Of a stretch of 64,000 bases of DNA, positions 14,101 through 29,100 are shown piece after piece; within the stretch, counting starts at the first letter, position 1; each line of letters begins with the position of its first letter. Source of the DNA: the human T2T-CHM13v2.0 reference genome, Homo sapiens; contig CP068257.2 of the NCBI GenBank assembly GCA_009914755.4, positions 9,984,001 through 10,048,000 on the forward strand, written 5' to 3'. The position numbers were made by a program, and so were the translations under genes. The notes below the pieces were generated by a model. The model saw nothing but the letters and a program-made list of their open reading frames with translations, did not search any database and had not been told where the DNA came from.

Positions 14101-17100
14101 ATGAAAAGAAGGGTTCAATTCTGTGAGATGAATGCATACATCACAAAGAAGTTTCTCAGAATGCTTCTGATTACTTTTTATGTGAAGATATTTCCTTTTC
14201 CACAATAGACCTCAAAGGGCTCCAAATATCCACTTTCAGATTGTACTAGAAGAGTGTTTCAAAAATGCTCAATCAAAAGAAAGTTTCAACTTTGTGAGGT
14301 GAATGCACACATCACAAGAAATTTCTCAGAATGCTTCTGTGTAATTTTTATGTGAACATACTTCCCTTTCCACAATAGTCAACAAAGCCCTGCAAATATA
14401 CACTTGCACATTCTAGAAAAAGAGTGTTTCAAAACTGCTCAATCAAAAGAATGTTTCAACCCTGTGAGGTGAATGCACACATCACAAAGAAGTTTCTCAG
14501 AATGCTTCCGAGTAGTTTTTATGTGAAGATATTTCCTTTTCAACCGTAGGCCTAAAAGCACTCCAACTATTCACTTGCAGATTCTACAAAAAGAGTGTTT
14601 CCAAACTGCTCAATCAAAAGAAAACTTCAACTCCATGAGGTGAGTAAACACAATGCAAATAAGTTTCACAGAATGATTCTCCATAGTTTTTATGTGAAGA
14701 TATTTCCTTTTCCACCACAAGCCGCAAATGTCTTTAAATATCCACTTCCAGGTTCTACAAAAAGAGATATTCAAAACTGCTTAATCAAAAGGTAGGTTCG
14801 ACTCTGTGAGTTGAATGCATACATCACAAAGTAGTTTCTCAGAACGCTTCTGTGTAGTTTTTATGTGAAGATATTTCCTTTTACACCATAGGCCTCAAAG
14901 CGCTCCAAATATCCACCTGGAGATTCCAAGAAAAGAGAAATTCAAAACTGCTTATCAAAAGATAGGTTCAACTCCGAGAGTTGAATGCACACATCACAAA
15001 TAAGTTTCTAAGAATGCTTCTGTGTATTTTTTATGTGCAGAAATTACCTTTTCCTCAGTACACCTTACAGAGCTGCAAATATCTACCTGCAGATCGCACT
15101 AAAAGAGTATTTCAAAACTGCACAATCAAAAGAAAGGTTCACCTCTGTGAAATGAATTCACACATCACAAAAAGTATCTCAGACTGTTCCTGTGTAGTTT
15201 TTATGTGAAGATACTTCCTTTTACACAATAGCTGTCAAACGCTCCAAATATCCACTAGAAGATTCTACAAAAAGAGTATTTCAAAACTGCTTAAACAAAA
15301 GAATGCTTCAACTCTGTCAGATGAATGCACACATCACAAAGAAGTTTCTCTGAATGCTTCTGTGTAGTTTTTATGTGAAGATATTTCCTTTTCCACTGTA
15401 GGCTGCAAAAGGCTCCAAATATCCACATGGAGATTCTACAAAAAGAATGTTTCCAAACTGGTCAATGAAAAGAAAGATACAACTCTGTGAGTTGAATGCA
15501 CACATCACAAAGAAGTTTCTCAGAATTCTACTGTGTAGTTTCTATGTGTAGATATTTTCTTTTCCACAAAAGGCCTCAAAGCGTTCCAATTATCCACTTG
15601 CAGATTCTACAAAAAGATTGTTACAAAACTGCTCAATGAAAAGAACGGTTCAACTCAGTGGGTGGAATGCACACATCACAAAGAAGTTTCTCAGAATGTT
15701 TATGTGTAATTTTTATGTGAAGATAGTTCCTTTTCCGCAATAGGCCTCAAAGCGCTCCAAATATCTACTTGCAGATTCTACAAAAAGTGTTTTTCAAAAC
15801 TGCTCAATCAAAGCAAAAGTTCAACTCTGAGATGAATGCCCACATCACAAAGAAGTTTCTCAGAATGCTTCTGTGTAGTTTTCATGTGAAGATAATTCGT
15901 TTTCCACAATAGGCCTCAAAGCACCCCAAATATCCATTGCATATTCTACTAAAAGCATGTTATAAAACTGCTGAATCAAAAGAAAGGTTCAACTCTGTGA
16001 GATGAATGCACAAGTCAAAATAAAGTATCTCAGAATGATTCTGTGTAGTTTTTGATGAAGATACTTCCTTTTCCACAAAAGACCTTAAAGGGCTCCTAAT
16101 ATCCACTTGCAGATTCTACAAAAAGAGAGATTCAAAACTGCTCAATCAAAAGATAGGTTCAACTGTGTGAGTTGAATGCACACATCACAAAGAAGTTTCT
16201 CAGAATGCTTCTGTGCAGTTTTTATGTGAAGATACATGCTTTTCCACAGTAGGCCTCGAAGCGCACCAAATATCCACTTGTAGATTCTACAAAAAGAGTG
16301 TTTCCAAACTGCTCAATCAAAAGCAAGTTTCAACTCTGTGAGATGAATGCACATAACACAAAGTAGTTTCTCAGAATGCTTCTGTGTATTTTTTGTGTGA
16401 AGATATTTCCTTTTCCACAATAGGCCTCAAAGCCCCCCAAATATCCACTTGAAGATTCTACAAAAAGAGGGTTTTAAAACTGCTCAATCAAAAGAAAGTT
16501 TCAACTCTGTGAGATGTATGCACACATCACAAAAAAGTTTCTCAGAATCCTTCTGTGTAGTTTTTCTGTGAAGATATTTCCTTTTCCAGAATAGCCCTCA
16601 AGGCGCTCCAAATATCCACTTGAAGATTCTGCAAAAAGAGTATTTCAAAACTGCTTAATCAAAAGAATGCTTCAACTCCGTGTGATGAATGCACATATCA
16701 CAAAGAAGTTTCTCAGAATGCTACTGTGTAGTTTTTACGTGAAGATATTTCCTTTTCCACCATAGGCTGCTACGTGGTCCAAATATCCACCTGCAGATTT
16801 TACAAAAGGAGAGTTTCAAAACTTCTCAATGAAAAGATAGGTTCAACTATGTGAGTTGAATGCACACATCACAAAGAAGTTTCCCAGAATGCTTCTGTGT
16901 AGTTTTTATGTAAAGATATTTCCTTTCTCAAATAGGCCTCAAAGTCCTGTAAATATACACTTCCGGATTCTACAAAAGAGTGTTTCAAAGCTGCTCAATC
17001 GAAGGAAAATTTCAACTCTTTGTGATGTATGCACTCATCACAAAGTAGTTTCTGTGAATGCTTCTGTGTAGTTTTTATGTGAAGATATTTCCTTTTTCAC

Positions 17101-20100
17101 AACTCCAAATATCCACTTCCAGATTCTACAAAAAGAGAGTTTCAAAACTGCTCAATCAAGAGATAGGTTCAACCCTGTGAGTTGAATGCACACATCAGAA
17201 AAAAGTTTCTGAAAATGCTTCTGTGTAGTTTTTATGTGAAGGTATTTCCTTTTCCAACATAGGCCTCAAAGTGATCAAATTATCCACCTGAAGATTCTAC
17301 AAAAAGTGTGTTTCCAAACTGTTCAATGAAAAGAAAGGTTCAACCCTGTGAGATGAATGCACACATCACAAGGAAGTTTCTCAGAATGGTTCTGTGTAGT
17401 TTTTATGTGAAGATGTTTCCCTTTACACGATAGGCCTCAAAGGGCTCCAAATATCCAGTTGAAGATTATACAAAAAGAGTGTGTCCAAACTGCTGAATCA
17501 AAAGGAAAGTTCAGCTCTGTGAGATAAAAGTACACATCACAAAGAAGTTTCTCAGAATGCTTCTGTGTAGTTTTTATGTGAAGATGTTTCCTTTTCCACC
17601 ATAGGCCGCCAAGGTCTCCAAGTATCCACTTTCAGATTCTACAAAAAGAGAGATTCAAAAGTGCTCAATCAAAAGATAGATTCAAAACTGTGAGTTAAAT
17701 GCACACATAACAATGAAGTTTCTCAGAATACTTCTGTGTAGTTTTTATGTGAAGATATTTCCTTTTACACAATACGCCTCAAAGCACTAAAAATATCCAC
17801 TTGCAGATTCTACAAAAATAGTGTTTTAAAACTGCTCAATCAAAAGAAAGTTTCAACTCTGTGAGGTGAATGCCCACATCACAAAGAAGTTTCTTAGATT
17901 GTTTATGTGTAGTTTTTATGTGAAGATATTTACTTTTCCACTGTCGGCCTCAAAGTGCTCCAAATATCAACTTATAGACTCGCAAAAACAGTGTTTCAAA
18001 ACCGCTTAATGAAAAACTAGGTTCATCTCTGTGAGATGAAGGCACACATCACAAAGAAGTTTCTCAGAATGCTTCTGTGTAGTTTTTATGGGAAGATAAT
18101 TCCTGTTCCAAAATAGGCCTCAAAGCCCTCCAGATATCCACTTGCAGACTCTACAAAAAGTGTGTTTCATAACTGTTCAGTCAAAGAAATTTTCAACTCT
18201 GTGTGGTGAATGGACTCATCACAAAGTAGTTTCTCAGAATGCTTCTGTGTAGTTTTTTTGGGAAGATATTTCCTTTATCACAAGAGGCCACAAAGGGCTC
18301 CTAATATCCACTTGCAGATTCTACAAAAAGAGAGATTCAAAACTGCTCAATCAAAAGATAGGTTCAGCTCTGTGTGATTAATGCACTCATCACAAAGAAG
18401 TTTCTCAGAATGCTTCTGTGCAGTTTTTATGTGAAGATACATGCTTTTCCACAATAGTCCTCAAAGTGCTCCAAATTTCCACTTGCAGATTTTATAAAAA
18501 GATTGTTTCAAAAGTGCTCAATCATAAGATAGGTTCAACTCTGTAAGATGAATGCACACATCAAAAAGAAGTTTCTCAGAATGCTTCTATGTAGTTTTTA
18601 CTTGAAGATATTTCCTTTTCCACCTTATGCTGTAAAGGGCTCCAAATATCCACTTGTAGATTCTTCAAAAAGAGAGATTCAAAACTGCTCAATCAAAAGA
18701 TAGATTTAACTACGTGAGTTGAATGCACATATCTTAAAGATGTGTCTCAGAATGCTTCTGTCAGAAAGCTTCTGTGCAGTTTTTATTGGAAGATATTTCC
18801 TTTTCCTCTATAGGCTGCGAAGGGCTACATATATCCACTTGCAGATTCTACAAACAGAGAGATTCAAAACTGCTCAATCAAAAGATAGGTTCAACCTTGT
18901 GAGTTGAATGCACACATCACAAAGTAGTTTCTCAGAATGCTTCTGTGTATTTTTTATGTGAAGATATTTACTTTTCCACAATAGGCCTCAAAGAGCTCCA
19001 AATATCCACTTGTAGATACACAAAAAGAGTGTTTCAAAACTTCTCAATCAAAGGAAAGGTTCAACTCTTTGAGATGAATGCGCCCATCACAAAGAAGTTT
19101 CTCAGAATGCCTCTGTGTAGTTTTTATTTGAAGATATTTGCTTTTCCGCAGTAGGCCTCAAAGCACTCCAAATATCCAGTTGCAGATTCTACAAAAATAG
19201 TGTTTCAAAAGTGCTCAATCAAACAAAAGTTCAACTCTGTGAGATGAATGCACACATCACAAAGAAGTTTCTGAGAATGCTTCTGTGTAGTTTTTATATG
19301 AAGATATTTCCTTTTCCACAATAAACCTCAAAGTGCTCCAAATATCCACTTGCAGATTCTACAAAGAGAGTGTTTCAAAACTGCTCAATCATAAGATAGG
19401 TTCCACACAGTGAGATGAATGCACAAATAACAAAGAAGTTTCTCAGAATGCATCTGTGTTGTTTTTATTTTTAGATGTTTCCTTTTACTGCATAGGCTGC
19501 AAAGGGCTCAAAATATCCACCTGCAGATTCTACAAAAAGAGAGATTCAAAACTGCTCCATCAAAAGAAAGGCTCAACTCTGTGAGATGAATGCACACATC
19601 ACAAAGAAGTTTCTCAGAATGCTTCTGTGTAGTTTTCATGTGAAGATATTGCTTTTCCACAGTAGCCCTCAAACCGCTCCAAATATCCACTTGCAGATTC
19701 TTCAAAAGCAGTGTTTCAAAACAGCTCAATCAAAATAAACGTTCAACTCTGTGAAATGAATGCACTCATCACAAAGAAGTTTCTCAGAATTCTTCTGTGC
19801 AGTTTTTATGTGAAATTATTTCCTTTTCCACCACAGGCTGCAAAGGGCTCCAAATATCCACTTGCAGATTCTACAATAAGAGAGATTGAAAACTGCACAA
19901 TCAAAAGATAGGTTCAACTCTCCTAGTTGAATGCACACAGCACAAAGAATTTCCTCAGAATGCTTCTGTGTAGTTTTCTTTGGAAGATATTTCCTTTTCC
20001 ACCATAGGACCCAAACTCTCTAAATATCCACTAGCAGATTCTACAAAAAGAGTGTTTCCAAACTGCTCAGTCAAAAGAAAGGTTCAACTCTGTGAGATGA

Positions 20101-20162
20101 ATGCAAACATCGCCTAGAAGTTTCTCAGAATGCTTCTGTGTAGTTTTTATGTGAAGATATTT
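11160..20162. repeat. Tandem segmental duplication, copy 2 (identical to 2193-11195)
   Basis: Same as copy 1. The identical span is 9003 bp = period 8967 + 36 bp. The extra 36 bp (agaatgcttctgtgtagtttttatgtgaagatattt) is a conserved monomer block present at both edges (2193-2228 and 20127-20162), consistent with unequal exchange within that block. Confidence 0.9.
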
Positions 20163-23100
20163 TCTTTTCCTAAATAGTCCTCAAAGCACCGCAAATATCC
20201 ACTTGCAGATTCTACAAAAAGAATGTTCCAAAGCTGCTCAATCAAAAGAAAGGTTCAATTCTGTGAGATGAATTCACACATCACAAAGCAGTTTCTCAGA
20301 ATGCTTCTGTGTAGTTTTTATATGAAGATACTTGTTTTTCCACAGTAGACCTCCAAGCGCTCAAAATATCCACTTGCAGATTCTACAAAAACAGTGTTTC
20401 ATAACTGCTAAATTGAAAGAAATGTTCAACTATTTGAGATGAATGTACACATCACAAAGGAGTTTCTCAGAATGCTTCTGTGTAATTTTTATGTGAAGAT
20501 ATTTCCTTTTCCACAATAGGCCACAAAGCGCTCAAAATATCCATGTGCTGATTCTACAAAAACAGAGTTTCAAAACTGCTCAATCATAAGATAGGTTCAA
20601 CTCTGTGAGATGAATGCTGACATAACAAAGATGTTTCTCAGAATGTTTCTGTGTAGTTTTTATTTGAAGATATTTCCTTTTCCAAAATAGGCAGCAAAGG
20701 GCTCCAAATATCCACTTGCAGATTCTGCAAAAAGAGAAATTCAAAACTCCTCAATCAAAAAACAGGTTCAACTCTGTGAGTTGAATGCACACATCACAAA
20801 TACGTTTCTCAGAATGCTTCTGTGTAGTTCTTATGTGAAGATATTTCCTTTTACACAGGAGACCTCAAAGGCCTCCACATATCCACTTGCAGATTCTACA
20901 AAAAGTGTGTTGCAAAACTGCTCAATCAAAAGAAAGGTTCAACTCTGTGAGATGAATGCACACATCGAAAAGAAGATTCTCAGAATGCTTCTTTGTAGTT
21001 TTTATGTGAAGATATTTGCTTTTCCACAGTAGGCCTCAAAATACTCCAAATATCCAATTGCAGATTCTACAAAGAGAGTGTTTCCAAACTGCTAAATCAT
21101 AAGATAGGTTCAACTCTGTGAGATGAATGCACACATCACAAAGAAGTTTCTCAGAATGCTTCTGTGTAGTTTTTATGTGAAGATATTTCCCTTTACACAA
21201 TGGGCTTCAAAGTGCTCCAAATATCCACTTGCAGATTCAACAAAAAGAGTGTTTCAAAACTGCTCGGTCATAAGATAGGATAAATTCTATGAAATGAATG
21301 CATACATCACAAACAAGTTTCTCAGAATGCTTCTGTGTAGTTTTTATTTGAAGATATTTCCTTTTCCACGCTAGGCTGCAAAGGGCTCCAGATATCCACT
21401 TGCAGATTCTAGAAACAGAGAGATTCAAAACTGCTCAATCAAAGGATAGGTTCAACTCCATAAGATGAATGCACACATCACAAAGAACTTTCTCAGAATG
21501 CTTTTGCATAGTTTTTATGTGAAGATATTTCCTTTTCCACAATGGCATCAAAGCGCTCCATATATCCACTTGCAGATTCTACAAAAAGAGTTTTTCAAAA
21601 CTGCACTGTCAAAAGAAAAGTTCAACTCTGTGAGATGAATGCCCACATCACTAAGAAGTTTCTCAGAAGGCTTCTGTGTATTTTTTATGTGAAGATATTT
21701 GCTTTTCCAAAGTAGACCCCAAAGTGCTCCAAATATGCACTTGCAGATTCTTCAACAAGACTGTTTCGAAACTGCTCAATCAAAAGAAGTGTTCAACTCT
21801 GTTTGATGAATGCACTCATCACAAAGATGTTTCTCAGAATGCTTCTGTGAAGTTTTTATGTGAAGATATTTCCTTTTCCACCATAGGCCACAAAGGGCTC
21901 AAAATATCCACTTGCAGATTTTACAGAAAGAGAGATTCAAAACTGCTCAATCAGAAGGTATGTTGAAATCTGTGAGACGAATGCACTCATCACAAAGAAG
22001 TTTCTCAGTATGCTTCTGTGTAGTTTTTATGTGAAGATATATCCTTTTCCACAAAAAGCCTCAAAACGCTCCAAATACCCACTTGCAGATTCTACAAAGA
22101 GAGTGTTTCAAAACAGCTAAATCATAAGATAGGTTCAATTCTGTGAGATGAATGCACACATCCCAAAGAAGTTTCTCAGAATGCTTCTGTGTAGTTTTTA
22201 TGTTAAGATATTTCCTTTTCCACAATAGGCTTGAAAGTGCTCCAATTATCCACTTTCAGATTCTACAAAAAGAATGTTTCAGAACTGATCAATCATAAGA
22301 TAGGTTCAACTCTGCGAGATGAATGCACACATCACAAAGATATTTATCAGAAGGATTCTGTGTAGTTTTTATCCGAAGATACTTGCTTTTCCACAGATGG
22401 CCTCAAAGCACTCCAAATATCCACTTGCAGATTCAATAAAAACAGTGTTTCAAAACTGCTGAATCAAAAGAAAGGTTCAACTCTGTGAGATGAATGCACG
22501 CATCACAAAGAAGTTTCTCAGAATGCTTCTGTGTAGTTTTTAATTGAAGGTATTTCCTTTTCCTCCATGGGCTGCAAAGGGCTCCAAATATCCACTTGCA
22601 GCTTCTACAAAAAGAGAGATTCAAAACTGCTCAATCAAAAGATAAGTTCACCTCTGTGAGTCTAATGCACACATCACAAAGTAGTTTCTCAGAATGCTTC
22701 TGTGTAGTTTTTATGTGTAGATATTTCGTTTTCCACAATAGACCTCAAAGCTTTCCAAATATCCACTTGCAGATTCTACAAAAAGAGGGTTGCAAAACTG
22801 CTCATTCAACGGAAATTTCAACTCTTTTAGATGAATGCACACATCACAAAGAAATTACTCAGAATGCTTCTGTGTAGTTTTTATGTGAAGATATTTGCTT
22901 TTCCATAGTAGGCCTCAAAGTGCTCCAATATCCACTTGTAGGTTTTACGAAAACAGTGTTTCAAAACTGTCCAATCAAAGGAAAGTATCAACTCTGTGAG
23001 ATGAATGCACACATCATGAAGAAGTTTCTCAGAATACTTCCATATAATTTTAATGTGAAGACATTTGCCTTTCCACCGGAGGCCTCAAAGCACTCCAAAT

Positions 23101-26100
23101 ATCCACTTGCAGATTCTACAAAGCGAATGTTTCAAATCTGCTCAATCATAAGATAGGTTCAACTCTGTGATATGAAGGCACACATCACGAAGAAGTTTCT
23201 CAGTATGCGTCTCTGTAGTGTTTACTAGAAGATATTTCCTTATCGTCCATAGGCCACAAAGTGCTCCAAATATCCACTTGCAGATTCTAGAAAAACAGAG
23301 ATTCAAAGCTGCTCAATCAAAAGATAGGTTCAAGTCTGCGAGTTGAATGCACACATCACAAAGAAGTTTCTCAGAATGCTTCTGTGTAGTTTTTATGTGA
23401 AGATATTTCATTTTCCACAATAGGCCTCAAAGCACTCCAAATATCCACTTGCAGATTCTACAAAAAGAGTTTTCAAAACTTCTCAATCAAAACGAAAGTT
23501 CAACTCTGTGAGATGAATGCACACTTCACACAGAAGTTTCTCAAAATGCTTCTGCGTAGTTTCTATTTGGAGATATTTCCTTTTCCAATGTAGGCCACAA
23601 AGGGCTCCAAATATCCACTTGCAGATTCTACAAAAAAAGTGTTTCAAAAGTGCACAATCAAAAGAAAGGTGCAACTCTGTGAGATGAATGCACACATCAC
23701 AAAGAAGTTTCACAGAATTCTTCTGTGTAGTTTTTATGTGAAGATATTTCCTTTTCCAAAACAGGCCTGAAAGCCCTCCAATTATCAACTTTCAGATTCT
23801 ACAAAGAGAGTGTTTCAAAACTGCTCAATCATAAGATAGGTTCAAATCTATGAGATGAATGCACACATCACAGAGAAGTTTCTTAGAATTCTTCTGTGTA
23901 GTATTTATTTGAAGATATTTCCTTTTCCTCTGTAGGCCGCAAAGAGCTTCAAATATCCACTTGCAGATTATACAAAAAGAGAAATTCAAAACTGCTCAAT
24001 CAAAAGATAGGTTCAACTCAGTGATTTGAATGCACACATCACAAACGAGTTTCTTTGAATGCTTCTGTGTAGTTTTTATGTAAAGATATGTCCTTTTCCA
24101 TAATAGGTCTAAAAGGGCTCCAAATATCCAGTTGCAGACTCTACAAAAAGAGAGATTCAAAACTGCTCAATCAAAACAAACTTTCAACTCTGTGGGATGA
24201 ATGCACACATCACAAAGAAGTTTCTCAGAATGCGTCTATGTAGTTTTTACATGAAGATATTTGCTTTTCCACAGTTGACCTCAAAGCGGCCTATACAGAT
24301 TCTATACAAACAGTGTTTCAAAACTGCTCAATCAAAAGGAAGGTTCAACTCTGCTCAATGAATACCCACATCACAAAGTAGTTTCTCAGAATGCTTCTAG
24401 TAGTTTTTATGTGAAGATATTTCCTTTTACACAATAAGTCACAACGCGCTCAAAATATCCACCTGAAGTTTCTGCAAAGAGAGTGTTTCAAAACTGCTCA
24501 ATAATAAGATAGATTCATCTGTGTGAGATGAATGCACACATCACAAATAAGTTTCTCAGAATGCTTCTGTGTAGTTTTTATTTGAAGATATTTCCTTTAC
24601 CTCCATAGGCCACAAAGGGCTCCAAATATCCACTTCCAGATTCTACAAGAAGAGAGATTAAAAACTTCACAATCAAAAGATAGGTTCAACTCTGTGAGTT
24701 GAATGCACACATCACAAAGTAGTTTCTCAGGAAGCTTCTGTGTATTTTTTTTGTTAAGATATTTCCTTTTCAACAATAGGACTCAAAACACTGCAAATAT
24801 CTACTTTCATATTATACAAAAAGAGTGTTTCAAAACTGCTCAATCAAAATAAAGTTTCAACTCTGTGAGATGAATGCAGACATCACAAAGAAGTATCTCA
24901 GAATGCTTCTGTGTAGTTTTTATGTAAAGATATTTGCTTTTCCACAGTAGGACTCAAAGCGCTCCAAATTTCCATTGCAGATACTACAAAAACAGGGTTT
25001 CAAAAGTGCTCAATCAAAAGAAAGTTTCAACTCTCTGAGATGAATGCACACATCACAAAGAAGTTTCTGTGAATGCTTCTGTGTAATTTCTATGTGAAGA
25101 CATTTCTTTGCCACAATAGGCCTCCAAGCTCTCCAAGTATACACTTGCAGATTTTACAAAGAGAGTTTTTCAAAACTGCTCAATCATAAGATAGGTTCAA
25201 CTCTGTGAGATGAATGCATACAGCACAACGAAGTTTCTCAGAATGATTCTGTATAGTTTTTATGTGAAGATATTTGATTTTCCACAGTAGGCCTCAAAGC
25301 GCTCCAAATATCCCCTTGCAGATTCTACAAAAACAGTGTTTTAGAACTGCTGAAATATACGTTAGGTTCAACTCTGTGAGATGAATGCACGCATCACAAA
25401 GAAGTTTCTCAGAATGCTTCTGTGTAGTTTTCATGTGAAGATATTTCCTTTTCCTCCATAGGATGCAAAGGGCTCCAAATATCCAATTGCTGATTCTACA
25501 AAAAGAGAGATTCAAAACTGCTCAATCAAAAGATTAGTTCAACAATGTGAGTTGAATGCACACATCACAAAGATGTTTCTCAGAATCCTTCTGTGTAGTT
25601 TTTATGTGAAGATGTTTCCTTTTCCACTATAGGCCTCAAAGCGCTCAAGTATCCACGTGTAGATTCTACAAAAAGAGTGTTTCAAAACTGTTCAATCAAA
25701 AGAAAGGTTCAATTCTGTGAGATGAATGCATACATCACAAAGAATTTTCTCAGAATGATTCTGCGTAGTTTATATTTGAAGATATTTCCTTTTCCAACGT
25801 AGGTCTTAAAGAGCTCCAAATATCCACTTGAAGATTCTACAAAAGAGAGATTCAAAACTGCTCAATAAAAAGATATGTTCAACTCTATGAGTTGAATGCA
25901 CTCATCACAAAGAAGTTTATCAGAATACTTCTGAGTAGTTGTTATGTGAAGATATTTCCTTTTCTACCATATGCCGCAAAGGGCTCCAAATATCCACTTG
26001 CACATTCTACAAAAAGTGAGATTCAAAACTGCTCAATCAGAAGACGGGTTCAACTCTGTGTGTTGAATGCACACATCGCAAAGAAGTTTCTCAGAATGCT

Positions 26101-29100
26101 TCTGTGTAGTTTTTATTGGAAGATATTTCCTTTACCATAATAGGTCTCAAAGCGCTCCAAATATCTACTTGCAATTTCTAAAAAAAGAGTGTTTAAAAAC
26201 TGCTCAATCAAAAGAAAGGTTCAACTCTCTGAGATGAATGTACACGTCACACAGAAGTTTCTGAGAATGCTTCTGTGTAGTTTTTATTGGAAGATATTTC
26301 CTTTTCCTCCATATGTCAGAAAGGGCTCCAAATGTCCACTTGCAGATTCTACAAAAAGACAGATTCAAAACTGCTCAATGAAAAGAGAGGTTCAACACTC
26401 TGAGTTGAATACACACATCAATAATAAGTTTCTCAGAATGCTTCTGTATAGTATTTATGTGAAGATATTTCCTTTTCCACAATAAGCCTCAAAGCACTCC
26501 AAATATCCACTTGCAGATACTAGAAAGAGAGTGTTTCAAAACTGCTCAATCATAAGATAGGTTCAACCCTGTGAGATGAATGCACACATCACAAAGAAGT
26601 TTTTCAGAATGCTTCTGTGTAGTTTTTATGTGAAGATACTTGCTTTTCCGCAGTGAGCCTCAAAACCCTGCAAATACTGACTTGCAGATTCTACAAGAAC
26701 AGTGTTTGAAAACTGCTGAATCAAAAGAAAGTTGGAATTTCGTGTGATGAATGCATACATCACAAAGAAGTTTCTCAGAATGCTTCTGTGTAGTTTTTAT
26801 GTGAAGCTATTTCTTTGCCATAGTAGGCCTCAAAGCACTCCAAGTATCCACTTGCAGATTCTACAAAGAGAGTGTTTCAAAACTGCTTAATCATAAGATA
26901 GGTTCAACTCTGTGAGACGAAAACAAACATCACAAAGAAGTTTCTCAGAATACCTCTGTGTAGTTCTTATTTGAAGGTATTTCCTTTTCCTTCGTAGGTG
27001 GCATAGGGCTCCAATTATCCACTTGCAGATTCTACAAAAAAAGAGATGCAAAACTGCTTAATCAAAAGATAGGTTCAACTCTGTGAGTTGAATGCAAACA
27101 TCACAAAGATGTGTCTCAGAATGCTTCTCTGTAGTTTTTATGTGAACATATTTCCTTTTCCACAATAGGCCTCAAAGTGCTCCAAATATCCACTTGCAGA
27201 TACTACAAAAAGAGTGTTTCAAAACTGCTCAATGAAAAGAAAGGTTCAACTCTGTGAGATGAATGCACACATCACAAAGAAATTTCTCAATATGCTTCTG
27301 TGCAGTTTTTATGTGAACATATATGCTTTTCCACCGTAGGCCTCCAAGGGCTCCATATATCCACTTGCAGATTCTACAAAAACAGTGTTTCAAAACTGCT
27401 CAATCAAAATAAATGTTGAACACTGTGAGATTAATCCACACATCACAAAGAAGTTTCTCAGAATGTTTCTGTGTAGTTTTTATGTGAAGATATTTCCTTT
27501 CCCACAGTAGGCCTCAAAGCACTCCAAATATCCACTTGCAGATTCTAGAAAGAGAGTGTTTCAACACTGCTCAGTCATAAGATAGGTTCAACCCTGTGAG
27601 CTGAATGCACGCATCACAAAGAAGTGTCTCAGAATTCTTCTGACTAGTTTTTATATGAAGATATTTCCTTTTCCACCATAGGCCTTAAAGCGCTACAAAT
27701 GTACACTTGCATATCCTACAAAAAGTGTATTTCCTAACTGGTCCATCAAAAGAATGGTTCAAATCTGGGAGATGAATGCACACATAACAAAGAAGTCTTT
27801 CAGATTGCTTCTGTCTAGATTTTATGTGATGATATTTCCTTTTCTACCATAGGCCACAAAGCATTCCAAATGTCCACTTGCAGATACTACAAAAAGAGTG
27901 TTTCCAAACTGCTTCATCAAAAGAAATGTTCAACTCTGTGAGATGAACACAATCATCACAAAGAAGTTTGTCAGAATTCTTCTGTCTAGTTTTTATATGA
28001 AGATACTTCCTTTTCCACCTTAGGCCTAAAGGTGCTCACAATGTCCACTTGCAGATTCTACAAAAAGAGTATTTCAAAACTGTTCCACCAAAAGAAAGAT
28101 TCAACTCTGAGAGATGAATGCACACATCACAAAGAAGTTTCTCAGAATGTTTCTGCGTAGTTTTTATGTGAAGATATTTCCTTTTGCACTACAGGCCTCA
28201 AAGCACTCTAAATGTCCACTTGCAGATTCTACAAAAGAGAGTTTCAAAACTACTCAATGAAAATAAAGGTTTAACTCTTTGAGATGAATGCACACATCAC
28301 AAAGAATTTTCTGAGATTGCTTTTGTCTAGATTTTAAGTGAAGATACTTCCTTTTCTACAATAGGCCACAAAGCGATCCAAATGTCCATTTGTAGATTCT
28401 ACAAAAAGAGTGTTTCCAAACTGCTGATTCAAATGAAAGGTTCATCTTTGTGAGAAAGGCATAACACATCAAAAAAAGTTTCTTAGAATTATTCTGTCTA
28501 GTTTTTATGTGAAGATATGTCCTTTTCCACCAAAGGCCTCAAAAAGCTCCAAATGTCCACTTGCAGATTCTACAAAAAGAGAGTTTCAAAACTGCACAAT
28601 CAAAAGAAAGTGTTAACTCTGAGATGAACGCACACATCACAAAGAAGTTTCTCAGATTGCTTCTGTCTGGATTTTATGTGAAGGTATTTCCTTTTCTACA
28701 ATAGGCTGCAAAGCGCTCCAAATATCCACTTGCAGATTCTACAAAAAGAGTGTTTCCAAACTGCTCAATCAAAAGAAAATTTCAATTCTGTGAGATGAAC
28801 ACACACAACACAAAGAAGTTTCTCAGAATTCCTCTGTCTAGTTTTTATGTGAAGATATTTCCTTTTCCACCATAGGAGTCAAAACTCTGCAAATGTCCAC
28901 ATGCAGATTCTACAAAAAGAATGTTTCCAACCTGCTCAATCGAAAGAAAGTTCAACTCTGTGAGATGAACGCACACATCACAGAGTAATTTGTCAGAATT
29001 CTTCTGTGTAGTTTCTATTTGAAGATATTACCTTTTCCACCATAGGCCTCAAAGTGCTCCAAATATCCACTTTCAGATTCTGCAAAAAGAGAGTTTCAGA

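Larger units (their letters stand above)
1..27630 (-). repeat. Alpha satellite, subtype I monomeric array (171-bp monomers; ctgtgtag / aaatatccac variant), interrupted by L1 at 1575-1960
   Basis: Continuous ~171-bp periodicity with conserved blocks (ttccttttccaccataggcctcaaagcgctccaaatatccacttgcagattctacaaaaagagtgtttcaaaactgctcaatcaaaagaaaggttcaactctgtgagatgaatgcacacatcacaaagaagtttctcagaatgcttctgtgtagtttttatgtgaagata). Strand is relative to the usual alpha-satellite consensus orientation (AATCTGCAAGTGGA...), which here lies on the minus strand. Adjacent monomers are visibly diverged (monomeric, not homogeneous HOR) except for the duplication below. No CENP-B box (TTCGnnnnAnnCGGG) found. Confidence 0.95.
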
